Counted from the stretch's first letter, positions 6,746 through 13,711 are shown. The stretch is DNA of 32,000 bases from Halomicronema hongdechloris C2206 (GCF_002075285.3 NZ_CP021983.2:3540001-3572000), one strand, 5' to 3'. Translations and numbers: made by a program. Notes: generated by a model from the letters alone, not told the origin.

Positions 6746-8158
6746 ATGACTTCCATCAAAATCTCTGGTTCACATGATGACTTAGAGATGATTGAGTCAT
6801 TAAGCAAAGAGATTTTTCGAGAAAATGAAATCCCAGTTAAAACTCAAATTTCTGAGTTTCGTAAAGATAGCATTGATGCAGAAATCGTTCTGCCTGTACT
6901 TTCAGTTACTTTTAGTGGGGTGATAGCAGTTGCTCAAATAATTAATCTTATACTAAATATACAGGAGAAGAGAAGCAAGAGTATTGCCCAAAAAGATACT
7001 CCTATCTCCCTCAAAATTGAGGCAAGTAATGGAAAAGAACTAGATTTTAGGATTTCTGGTAGCACGACAAACGAAGAAATAAGAAAGTATTTGAGTTCTG
7101 TCAATCAATTTATTGATGATTTTCTTCGAGATGATGATGGCATTTCATTAAATAATGATCAGCTAGGAGAGACTGCAAGCTCAACAGATATCGAAAAGAT
7201 CAATTTGCTATTTAGAGGTTTGTTAAGCAATCTGACTGATATAAGAGAATGGAAATCTTTACCTCCAAAAAAGAATGGAGAAATAATTACTTTTAAATCA
7301 ACTTTTGAGAAAACTAGCTTGAGAAAACTTATTTGTAACTCCAGAGTTTCAAAGATCTACTTAAACTATGAGGAAGCCAAGCTTTGTAAAGGGCTATTCT
7401 ATATCTTGGAAAGGGAAAACATTTTAACTTTTCATGAATTAAGCGATGATTTTCGTGTAATTGACATGGAAAATATGTTTGTCAGATATGAAGTAGAAGA
7501 GCTTGCAATATTTAATAGAGTAAATCATCTTAAAAACTTTTTTCTAAACGATATATCCTCTCCATCTGCTACTGAAAACCTAGGTGAAGTAATTTCAATT
7601 TTGCTACTCTCAGCCGATCCATCTGATGCTACTAGATTAAGGATCGGAGAAGAATTTAGAGAAATCCAAGATAAGCTTCAACTAGCACAATTAAGAGAAC
7701 GGTTTAGACTAAATCTTCGGATGTCCGCTCGCCCAGAAGACATCAGCCAATCATTACTAGATTCGCAGCCACAAATTGTGCATTTTTCTGGTCATGGCTT
7801 AGCTACTGGTGAGTTGTGTTTTGAAGACAAAATAGGAAAAGTACATCCAGTTTCACCTGATGCCTTGGCAGCTTTATTTGAGCAATTTGCAAGTCAAATC
7901 AAATGTGTGCTGCTCAATGCTTGTTACTCAAAAGCTCAGGCGATTGCCATTGCTCAGCACATTGACTACGTGATTGTTATGAATCAAGCTATTGGCGATA
8001 AAGCTGCAATTGCATTCACTATTGGTTTTTATCAAGCACTAGGGGCAGGACGTACGTTCAAAGAAGCTCATAAATTTGGATGTATCCAAATTAGGTTACA
8101 AAGTATTCCCGAACACTTGACTCCTATTCTTCTTGAGAGAGGCGCATGTGATTACTAA
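6746..8158 (+). CDS. Membrane-anchored CHAT/caspase-like protease-domain protein (470 aa)
   Basis: RBS-like GGGAGAG lies upstream of the ATG. The N-terminal ~90 aa contain one hydrophobic helix (IVLPVLSVTFSGVIAVAQIINLIL), reminiscent of EACC1-type effector-associated modules. The C-terminal ~185 aa match the cyanobacterial CHAT-type module (ILLLSADPSD..RLRIGEEFREI..) with the His/Cys dyad in IVHFSGHG (His350) and LLNACYS (Cys393). The stop TAA lies in a TACTAAC box. Confidence 0.75.
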   Translation: MTSIKISGSHDDLEMIESLSKEIFRENEIPVKTQISEFRKDSIDAEIVLPVLSVTFSGVIAVAQIINLILNIQEKRSKSIAQKDTPISLKIEASNGKELDFRISGSTTNEEIRKYLSSVNQFIDDFLRDDDGISLNNDQLGETASSTDIEKINLLFRGLLSNLTDIREWKSLPPKKNGEIITFKSTFEKTSLRKLICNSRVSKIYLNYEEAKLCKGLFYILERENILTFHELSDDFRVIDMENMFVRYEVEELAIFNRVNHLKNFFLNDISSPSATENLGEVISILLLSADPSDATRLRIGEEFREIQDKLQLAQLRERFRLNLRMSARPEDISQSLLDSQPQIVHFSGHGLATGELCFEDKIGKVHPVSPDALAALFEQFASQIKCVLLNACYSKAQAIAIAQHIDYVIVMNQAIGDKAAIAFTIGFYQALGAGRTFKEAHKFGCIQIRLQSIPEHLTPILLERGACDY

Positions 8159-8167
8159 CGCTGTCTA

Positions 8168-8563
8168 ATCGGGATAGGGGAAAACCTCACGGTCTCCCCC
8201 TCCCACACCACCCATCGTGCGGGTCCGCAATGGGCGGTTCTCAACCTAAGTGCTAGACAGACTGACGGACTTGTCCTCGTAGCCCTGAACCTTCATCCAG
8301 AGGTCACGAATCGAAAGCAATCCCTGTTGTGCTAACCACTCATTCGTCATCCCTGTCTGCGTCGCCAACGTCCGCGACAACCGCCAATATCCCTTCCGGC
8401 TCAAGCCAGTGGAAAGGGCGTGCTGCCTCGGCGTTCCCAGTTTCAACAAATTGCCGATGCGCGTCCTCGGTCTACGCCATTGTTTCCAATAACACATCCG
8501 GATTCGTCGCCTCAGTGCGATCGCATATCGCCGTAGGTTGGGTTGAGACACGAAACCCAACAC
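8168..8563 (-). mobile_element. 5'-truncated group II intron remnant (3' end of the intron-encoded protein plus domains V and VI)
   Basis: The minus strand encodes the maturase tail. It is followed by a domain-V-like hairpin (8207-8238: 9-bp outer stem, 2-nt bulge, 4-bp inner stem, tetraloop). Next is a domain-VI-like helix (8171-8204) with a bulged A at 8175, 7 nt from the inferred 3' end at about 8168. The upper boundary is approximate. Confidence 0.7.
8246..8563 (-). pseudogene. Group II intron reverse transcriptase/maturase, C-terminal fragment only
   Basis: RRRIRMCYWKQWRRPRTRIGNLLKLGTPRQHALSTGLSRKGYWRLSRTLATQTGMTNEWLAQQGLLSIRDLW is the characteristic maturase (X/thumb) tail of intron-encoded proteins. 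The RT domain is absent. Confidence 0.75.
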
Positions 8564-8591
8564 TCACAGGCTTTAGCCAGTATAATTGTAC

Positions 8592-8719
8592 GGTGGGCAT
8601 TATCTTTTCCGAGATCCTTGCTAACCCATACTCAACCTACAATGCCCACCACTGAAAAAAGGTGGGCAAACAAAGCTTAGAGACGATAGCAAGGGGTGTC
8701 TATTATGGCTTTGCCCACC
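8592..8719. repeat. Two tandem 59-nt hairpin units built on GGTGGGCA / TGCCCACC arms
   Basis: GGTGGGCAT (8592-8600) pairs with ATGCCCACC (8642-8650). GGTGGGCAAA (8661-8670) pairs with TTTGCCCACC (8710-8719). Confidence 0.5.
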
Positions 8720-8747
8720 CTACTTCACTACTTCACTACTGACCGCT

Positions 8748-8822
8748 GGTGGCACAGATGACATCGACAACATACAGCCCCTTTGTTATCAGTGCAATTC
8801 ATCCAAGTTCAATGGTCGTTGA
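8748..8822 (+). pseudogene. HNH endonuclease C-terminal fragment
   Basis: It translates to GGTDDIDNIQPLCYQCNSSKFNGR*, which has the GG..N..LC..C..K end of the HNH motif. The upstream His residues and a start codon are missing. Confidence 0.4.
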
Positions 8823-8830
8823 AAAGAACA

Positions 8831-9163
8831 CTAATGAAGTTCCAGACAGTGCAACTCGGGATTGTTCAAGAGTTCTTGAATTGCTGTTGCTCCGGAACGA
8901 ATTAATGCTTCGACTTGATTAGTTGGTGCATTGCCACATCGCAACCAAACAACTTTGGGTGGAGAGCCATAAAGCCGACTTCTTTCAGAGAAATCTGCAT
9001 CTTGCGTCACTATGCAAAAGTCATTGAGCTTAGCAAAATCCCAGATTTCAGTATCTGTTTTCTCAGCTAGGTCATGGAATTGAACGTGGCTGGATTCAGG
9101 AAAAATATCAGCCAACCGATTAATCAGCTTACGGCTAAGGTTTTGGTCAAACAGCAGCTTCAA
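8831..9163 (-). CDS. DUF5615-family (PIN-like/Mut7-C-like) putative toxin (110 aa)
   Basis: MKLLFDQNLSRKL...IWDFAKLNDFCIVTQDADFSE is typical of DUF5615 partners of DUF433. It overlaps the upstream gene by 4 nt. Confidence 0.75.
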   Translation of the reverse strand: MKLLFDQNLSRKLINRLADIFPESSHVQFHDLAEKTDTEIWDFAKLNDFCIVTQDADFSERSRLYGSPPKVVWLRCGNAPTNQVEALIRSGATAIQELLNNPELHCLELH

Positions 9164-9414
9164 GCAGCACTCACCGATGCAACTAAACGATGTTCGCGAT
9201 CAGCTGCGAACTCTAAACAAGCCCTAATGTCAGTTTCCGTTAATTCTGGAAAGTCGTCAATGATTTCAGCGGTAGACATACCAGCCGCTAACCAGCCCAA
9301 GACATCGTAGACCGTAATCCGCATCCGGCGGATGCATGGCTTGCCACCACGCTTATCAGGCTCAATCGTAATGATGTCGCGATAGCTCATAATACGGACA
9401 GGCTGCTTGTGCAT
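9160..9414 (-). CDS. DUF433-family putative antitoxin (84 aa; alternative start at 9390)
   Basis: ITIEPDKRGGKPCIRRMRITVYDVLGWLAAGMSTAEIIDDFPELTETDIRACLEFAA is the DUF433 signature. Confidence 0.75.
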   Translation of the reverse strand: MHKQPVRIMSYRDIITIEPDKRGGKPCIRRMRITVYDVLGWLAAGMSTAEIIDDFPELTETDIRACLEFAADREHRLVASVSAA

Positions 9415-9430
9415 ACCTAAGTCTAAAGCA

Positions 9431-9517
9431 GGCTAACACCTCGCTGCAACGGACGGCGATTAGTTGGTCGATCTGAGGCAAGAGGTTGTCTGCCGCCGTT
9501 GAGCTTCACCGTTAGTC
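9431..9517 (+). repeat. attC-like site B (87 nt)
   Basis: Left box GGCTAAC (9431-9437) and right box GTTAGTC (9511-9517); the reverse complement of the left box matches the right box at 6 of 7 positions. The stem is CAACGG-a-CGGC (9447-9457) / GCCG-CCGTTG (9492-9501). Confidence 0.55.
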
Positions 9518-10010
9518 CGCAAGGTTATCTTTGGAGCGTTCATCAATCTTATTTGTTGGAATTCAGCAGCTAGCCACTGCGAGTCCGTCTGAGGGCGACG
9601 CGCTTGAAAACTACTATAGAGAACTAATTTCCAGATGTCGTTGCAAGTTAAACTAGCGTTAGCTGCCAATTCGCTCGATCTGAACTGTACACTGTTGCCA
9701 TAGGTAGAAAGTGTTAAATACAAGGATTTTGCACCTAGAGTTACGAAACGAGGCCCTTTCGGAGGTGCTACCGAAATAGATTGTTTCTCCGCTGCTGTCA
9801 GTGCTGCGAATCATTGGCTTGAGAGTAACCCCGTACAAGTTGTGAATATCGAGACAATAATGTCGCCGAATGTCAAAAGTGCTACAGATGCTGGGGCATA
9901 CAGATTTGGTATGGGGTTAGATAACTGGCATCAGTATGTACATGTCTGGTATATGGAAGAACAGGAAAGTTATAATAATCCTTAAAATTATTGCGACAAT
10001 TGATTGGGGT

Positions 10011-10289
10011 ATGAGTCAGCAGCTAGTTTTGGAAATCAGCGATGAAGTTTACGCAGACTTGCAGCGTAAGGCGAATGCAGTGGGCGTATCCATCCCGGAG
10101 TGGATAATTACTGTTCTCAGCAGGCAAGGGGAAGCTGTCACCAAATTAATACTGTCTCCGGAGCGGCAAGAGCAAGCACGACAGAAATTCAAGAGTCATG
10201 CAGGTGCAATTAGTCTAGGGCACGCGACGGGTTCTGATAACCAAGCGATTGATGCTGATCTCGCAAGAGCTTATGCCGATGAGTATTAG
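10011..10289 (+). CDS. Antitoxin-like small protein, partner of the PIN toxin (92 aa)
   Basis: I prefer the start MSQQLVLEISDEVYADLQRKA at 10011; the 9936 start adds an implausible hydrophobic leader. The C-terminal GHATGSDNQAIDADLARAY motif is common in cyanobacterial PIN-associated antitoxins. The gene lies 15 nt upstream of the PIN gene. Confidence 0.65.
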   Translation: MSQQLVLEISDEVYADLQRKANAVGVSIPEWIITVLSRQGEAVTKLILSPERQEQARQKFKSHAGAISLGHATGSDNQAIDADLARAYADEY

Positions 10290-10304
10290 GCGCGGAGTGA
10301 CTTT

Positions 10305-10709
10305 GTGCTTCTAGATACATCAGGCTTGTTGTGCTACGTCCATCGTGACGAACCGCAGCATGAAAAGGCAGTTCAGTTAGTCGATGGTGCAGGCAGTAGA
10401 CTCTTGACTCACAGCCATGTTTTAGCTGAGTTGATTGCTCTTGCACTGGTTCGCCGACTTCCTCGGACAAAAGTTCTAGAGTTTGTGGTTGACCTGGTTG
10501 ATAACCCGGACATAGAAATAGTCTGGGTTGATGAGTCGCGACACCGAGAGGCAATGCAGCTTTTGGTTAATCGACAGGACAAAACCTACTCATTGTGCGA
10601 TGCGGTCAGTTTTGTCCTGATGCGCCAGCGTGGCATCAGCGATGCATTAACGACAGACTGTCACTTTGAGCAGGAGGGGTTTATCAGGTTGTTGCCGCCA
10701 GCAAGCTAA
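10305..10709 (+). CDS. vapC: PIN-domain ribonuclease toxin, VapC-like (134 aa, GTG start)
   Basis: LLDTSGL (first acidic residue), LTHSHVLAELIAL, SLCDAVSF and LTTDCHFEQEGF give the PIN acidic-residue pattern. The stop TAA lies inside the AGCTAAC box of attC-like site C. Confidence 0.75.
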   Translation: MLLDTSGLLCYVHRDEPQHEKAVQLVDGAGSRLLTHSHVLAELIALALVRRLPRTKVLEFVVDLVDNPDIEIVWVDESRHREAMQLLVNRQDKTYSLCDAVSFVLMRQRGISDALTTDCHFEQEGFIRLLPPAS

Positions 10710-10788
10710 CACCTCAGCGCAGCGAACAGTCAAAGTTTTCTGGTGAAATGCCGAGGGTGTCTGCCGCCGCTGGCTTTCACCGTTATGC
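10704..10788 (+). repeat. attC-like site C (85 nt, more degenerate stem)
   Basis: Left box AGCTAAC (10704-10710) and right box GTTATGC (10782-10788). Its right half, CTGCCGCCGCTGGCTTTCACCGTTATGCGGCT, closely matches 888-918 of site D. Confidence 0.5.
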
Positions 10789-11046
10789 GGCTGCAGTCCC
10801 TGGTGAAAGCAATCCCTGTAACCCTCGGTCAGCATGAAGGGCTGCTCTTCTACCGCTCTCTGGGTAAGCGGTGTAGGATGGTAGCAAGGAGGGTAATACG
10901 AATGTTCCTATCATCGACGAAGTCGTTGAACAGTTGAAAGCTATGCCTCAGCCTTTGCAAAGGCAGGTGCTTGAGTTTGTTATATCAAATCCGCTAAGAC
11001 AGGCAACATTACGATGATGTATCACAACTGCAATCCGTCATTCCGG

Positions 11047-11170
11047 GCAAGCGCAGCGCGCCCCGGAATCTAGGCAGAGCGCTTTGGGCGTAGCTGAGAT
11101 TGATGCCCTGGATTCCCGCCTTAAGGCCTCCGGCCTCGCTTCGCGAAACGCGGGAATGACAGAGATCTGT
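11047..11170. repeat. MITE-like palindromic element (124 bp) at the right edge of the island
   Basis: The termini are GTCATTCC (11047-11054) and GGAATGAC (11163-11170). Internal hairpins are ATTCCGGG/CCCGGAAT (11050-11079) and ATTCCCGC/GCGGGAAT (11122-11167), the latter with a nested AGGCC/GGCCT hairpin. Confidence 0.5.
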
Positions 11171-11288
11171 TTTCCTAGGTGAATTAACCGGATTTCATAT
11201 TAGATCATTGGTGAAAGCAGAGGTTTGAGGTACACCAGGGCAACAATTGCTGCGTTTTGCTGGTTCAATTCCTTGCCGCCGCATAACA

Positions 11289-12266
11289 TCAGCTCTCCCG
11301 GTCGGGTTCATCGCTCTGGGCGAGCCTCGTCGACTCCTTTCTGTTTTCCTCGGTTCGGCCCCACTGCTCCGCCCGGGGAGACATCGGTAGATGCTGTAGG
11401 ATGGCAGAGGCCGTAGCCTCTGGTCGTTCCAGATGGGGCACATGGCCACAGTCGGCAATCCACACCAGTTGGCTGTGGGGAATAGCCTGTTGGAAGCGGG
11501 TAGCATCTTTGGTGCCTAGGATGCGGTCTTGCTCTCCCCAGAGGATCAAGGTGGGGCAAGTTATCTGTGGGAGTTTGGCCTGCAGGGAACGGTAGCCACC
11601 GCTTTTGGTGAAGGCGATTAGGGCCTGTTTCCAACCTGGCATGGCCACATGCAGTGAGGTGCAGCAATCGGCATCGGGAGTGACTAAGGTGCGATCGCAA
11701 TAGGCCCGCAGACTGATGCGGTGACGCACCCAGGCATTCTGCAAAAAGGCGGTGGCCCAACCATCCAGGGGCGGTACCATCACCTTATCTATGGCCGGCC
11801 CCGCCGATAAGCCAGCGCTATCGATTAACACCAGCTGCTCGACACAGTCGGGATAGGCCAGGGCGAACTCGAGGGCGGCAGCCCCGCCCATAGAAGCTGC
11901 CACCAAGATTACTGGGCGTCCGATCAACTGCTGCCAAGCGCTATGGAGATGCTGCTGGATCGCCGCTGGATCGAAGCGGGGGCTGACGATGCGATCGCTA
12001 AAGCCAAACCCCAGCAGGTCAATGGCCCAAACTTGGGTGCGGGCCGCCAGCCGCGGCAGTAACCGTCGAAACTCTAGCAGAGAGCTATCGAAACCATGCA
12101 GCAACAGTAGAGGGGGTTCCCCAGCCCCCTGACAGACATAGGCAGTGGCGATGGGGTCAGGGCTCAGGGGCGTAATCACATCCTGCCGCTGCATCTGCTG
12201 GGCCATCTCAATGGAGGTGGCCTCGCTGAGCTGATGGACCGCCGGGGGCAGAAACTCGGGAAACAT
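11289..12266 (-). CDS. Alpha/beta-fold hydrolase (325 aa)
   Basis: PLLLLHGFDSS, a nucleophile elbow in VAASMGG and a C-terminal ADCGHVPHLE are present. I chose the start MFPEF at 12266, because the 12518 start in the track would overlap the preceding gene by about 200 nt. Confidence 0.8.
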   Translation of the reverse strand: MFPEFLPPAVHQLSEATSIEMAQQMQRQDVITPLSPDPIATAYVCQGAGEPPLLLLHGFDSSLLEFRRLLPRLAARTQVWAIDLLGFGFSDRIVSPRFDPAAIQQHLHSAWQQLIGRPVILVAASMGGAAALEFALAYPDCVEQLVLIDSAGLSAGPAIDKVMVPPLDGWATAFLQNAWVRHRISLRAYCDRTLVTPDADCCTSLHVAMPGWKQALIAFTKSGGYRSLQAKLPQITCPTLILWGEQDRILGTKDATRFQQAIPHSQLVWIADCGHVPHLERPEATASAILQHLPMSPRAEQWGRTEENRKESTRLAQSDEPDRES

Positions 12267-12313
12267 TATCGACGTGGCCTGTGAGAAGACACTCTGATGG
12301 TAAACAATCGGCC

Positions 12314-13711
12314 CTAGGATGCGGTTTCTTGGCTCGGTGTCTGAGCCGATTGAGGTTGGTAATAGCTGGCCACCAGAGCCATCATCAGCCACCACAGGGT
12401 GCTCACCTGGGGCCGATACCAGACGGTGTCCACCAGCCCGTGGGCCAACATGCCACCCTGACCCGCTAGGGCCGCCATCAACCAGTAGCCCTGGGCCGCT
12501 TGCTGCTGTCGCAACCACTGCAACCGTTGCCAGCCCTGACGCCAGGTGATGGCTACCAACCAGAGAAAACTGGCCAGGCCTACTAGGCCGGCCTCCACGG
12601 TAATTTCTAAGAAGACAGAATAGGCACTGAGGGCGGTGAAGCGGGGCCGTTGATAGAGGGGATAGATCTGGTTGAAGGCATCGTTGCCGGGGCCGATGCC
12701 CAGAATCGGGTAATCGCGAATCATATCGACGACGGCGGCCCAGACATTGAGACGAAAGTTGTTGCTACTATCCTCACGACCGGCAAAGATGCTCATGACC
12801 CGCTGTTGCAGGGTATCTACCCCCAGGACCGCGATGATCAGCACAGCGGTGAGACTGCCCAGCAGTGCTGGAATGGCCCAGCGCCGCCAACGGGGAGAAA
12901 ACCAGATGCTCCAGTACTGCACGACCAACAGCAATAGCACAAACCCCGCCGCCACGAAGCCGATCCAGCCGCCGCGGCTCAGGGTTAGCACCAGGCAGAC
13001 CGTCGTCACGCCGGTCATGACCAGAGCCAGGAGCTTGGGCAACCAACGGGGCCAGACGAAGATGGCGGCGCCACTGAAGCAGACGGCGGGCACCAGATAC
13101 CCGGCTAGCAGGTTGGGATTGCCTAGGTAGCTATAGATACGGGTGGTGTCAGCCAGAGAGGAAGTGGGATCCACCCAGGTGGCCAAGGCCTCGGCTCCGA
13201 AGATCCACTGCCGCAACCCGTAGACCGAGACCGCCAGCGCTGTCAGTAGATAGATCAAAATCAGCCAATTGCGGGCCCGGGGCCGCCGCAACACCCGAGC
13301 CAGCAGTAGAAATAGCCCTAAGTTGAGGGTGAGCTTGATCAATCCCTGCAAGGCGGCCAGTTTCACTGGCGACAGGGCCGTGGCCAGGGCCATAACTCCC
13401 CAAAATAGCATCACCAAGACATGGATCGGAGTCAGCCCTCCACCAGCCTCGTCGCTGAGGGTCAAGAGGGCCCACAGGGCACCGGCCGCTAGCATCAGCA
13501 CCCCTAGCAGGGGGGTGGACACATAGGGGGCCAGGCCGTAGAGCAACAGGGCAATCCCTAAGCCGATCCAATCGGCCCAGGGCAGGAGCCGGCTACTCTG
13601 GCGCCAGCGCCGCCAGGGGCCCAGCCAGCGATGGAGAATGCTGACCTGACGCCATTGATCGAGGGCAACGCCATCGAAGGTAATCCAGTTGGCCATGATG
13701 CGATCGCACAA
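12314..13711 (-). CDS. ictB: IctB-family membrane protein (O-antigen-ligase-like, 465 aa; alternative start MANW at 13696)
   Basis: It is a multi-TM protein whose blocks (YSYLGNPNLLAGYLVP, GREDSSNNFRLNVW, GIGPGNDAFNQIYPLYQRPRFTALSAYSVFLE) match my recollection of Synechococcus IctB. Confidence 0.8.
   Translation of the reverse strand: MCDRIMANWITFDGVALDQWRQVSILHRWLGPWRRWRQSSRLLPWADWIGLGIALLLYGLAPYVSTPLLGVLMLAAGALWALLTLSDEAGGGLTPIHVLVMLFWGVMALATALSPVKLAALQGLIKLTLNLGLFLLLARVLRRPRARNWLILIYLLTALAVSVYGLRQWIFGAEALATWVDPTSSLADTTRIYSYLGNPNLLAGYLVPAVCFSGAAIFVWPRWLPKLLALVMTGVTTVCLVLTLSRGGWIGFVAAGFVLLLLVVQYWSIWFSPRWRRWAIPALLGSLTAVLIIAVLGVDTLQQRVMSIFAGREDSSNNFRLNVWAAVVDMIRDYPILGIGPGNDAFNQIYPLYQRPRFTALSAYSVFLEITVEAGLVGLASFLWLVAITWRQGWQRLQWLRQQQAAQGYWLMAALAGQGGMLAHGLVDTVWYRPQVSTLWWLMMALVASYYQPQSAQTPSQETAS
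13700..13707. repeat. HIP1 octamer GCGATCGC (one example of many)
   Basis: The same palindrome also occurs at 1743-1750, 4774-4781 and 8517-8524 inside the island, and many times in the core part. It is a hallmark of cyanobacterial genomes. Confidence 0.9.

Larger units (their letters stand above)
53..10788 (+). mobile_element. Integron-like gene-cassette array (CALIN-like; no integrase in the window)
   Basis: There are five co-oriented attC-like sites plus one interrupted site. Each has a RYYYAAC-like left box and a GTTRRRY-like right box flanking a bulged stem. The left box of a site is complementary to the right box at the START of its own cassette, which is the signature of G/TT crossover. 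Stop codons fall in the TAAC boxes. Cargo composition is heterogeneous and includes TA cassettes. Details are in the findings. Confidence 0.55.

Noticed and set aside
8329-8655. 108-aa ORF on the plus strand
   Set aside because: It is antisense to the clearly recognisable group II intron maturase fragment and has low-complexity Ser/Thr/Ala content.
9460-9723. 87-aa ORF on the minus strand (and 9074-9310 +)
   Set aside because: The first overlaps attC-like site B and has no features. The second is antisense to the DUF5615/DUF433 genes.
9704-9985. Open frame translating to ...KDFAPRVTKRGPFGGATEIDCFSAAVSAANHWLESNPVQVVNIETIMSPNVKSATDAGAYRFGMGLDNWHQYVHVWYMEEQESYNNP*
   Set aside because: It looks protein-like, but it has no ATG/GTG/TTG start after the upstream TAG (9701-9703) apart from a late internal ATG. 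It is probably a 5'-truncated cassette gene, so I did not call it as a feature.
10877-11017. Open frame containing IIDEVVEQLKAMPQPLQRQVLEFV, which resembles the N-terminus of DUF2281-type antitoxins
   Set aside because: It has no usable start codon, and it diverges and terminates shortly after the motif. I treat it as a decayed remnant only. The overlapping 10743-10937 ORF runs through attC-like site C.
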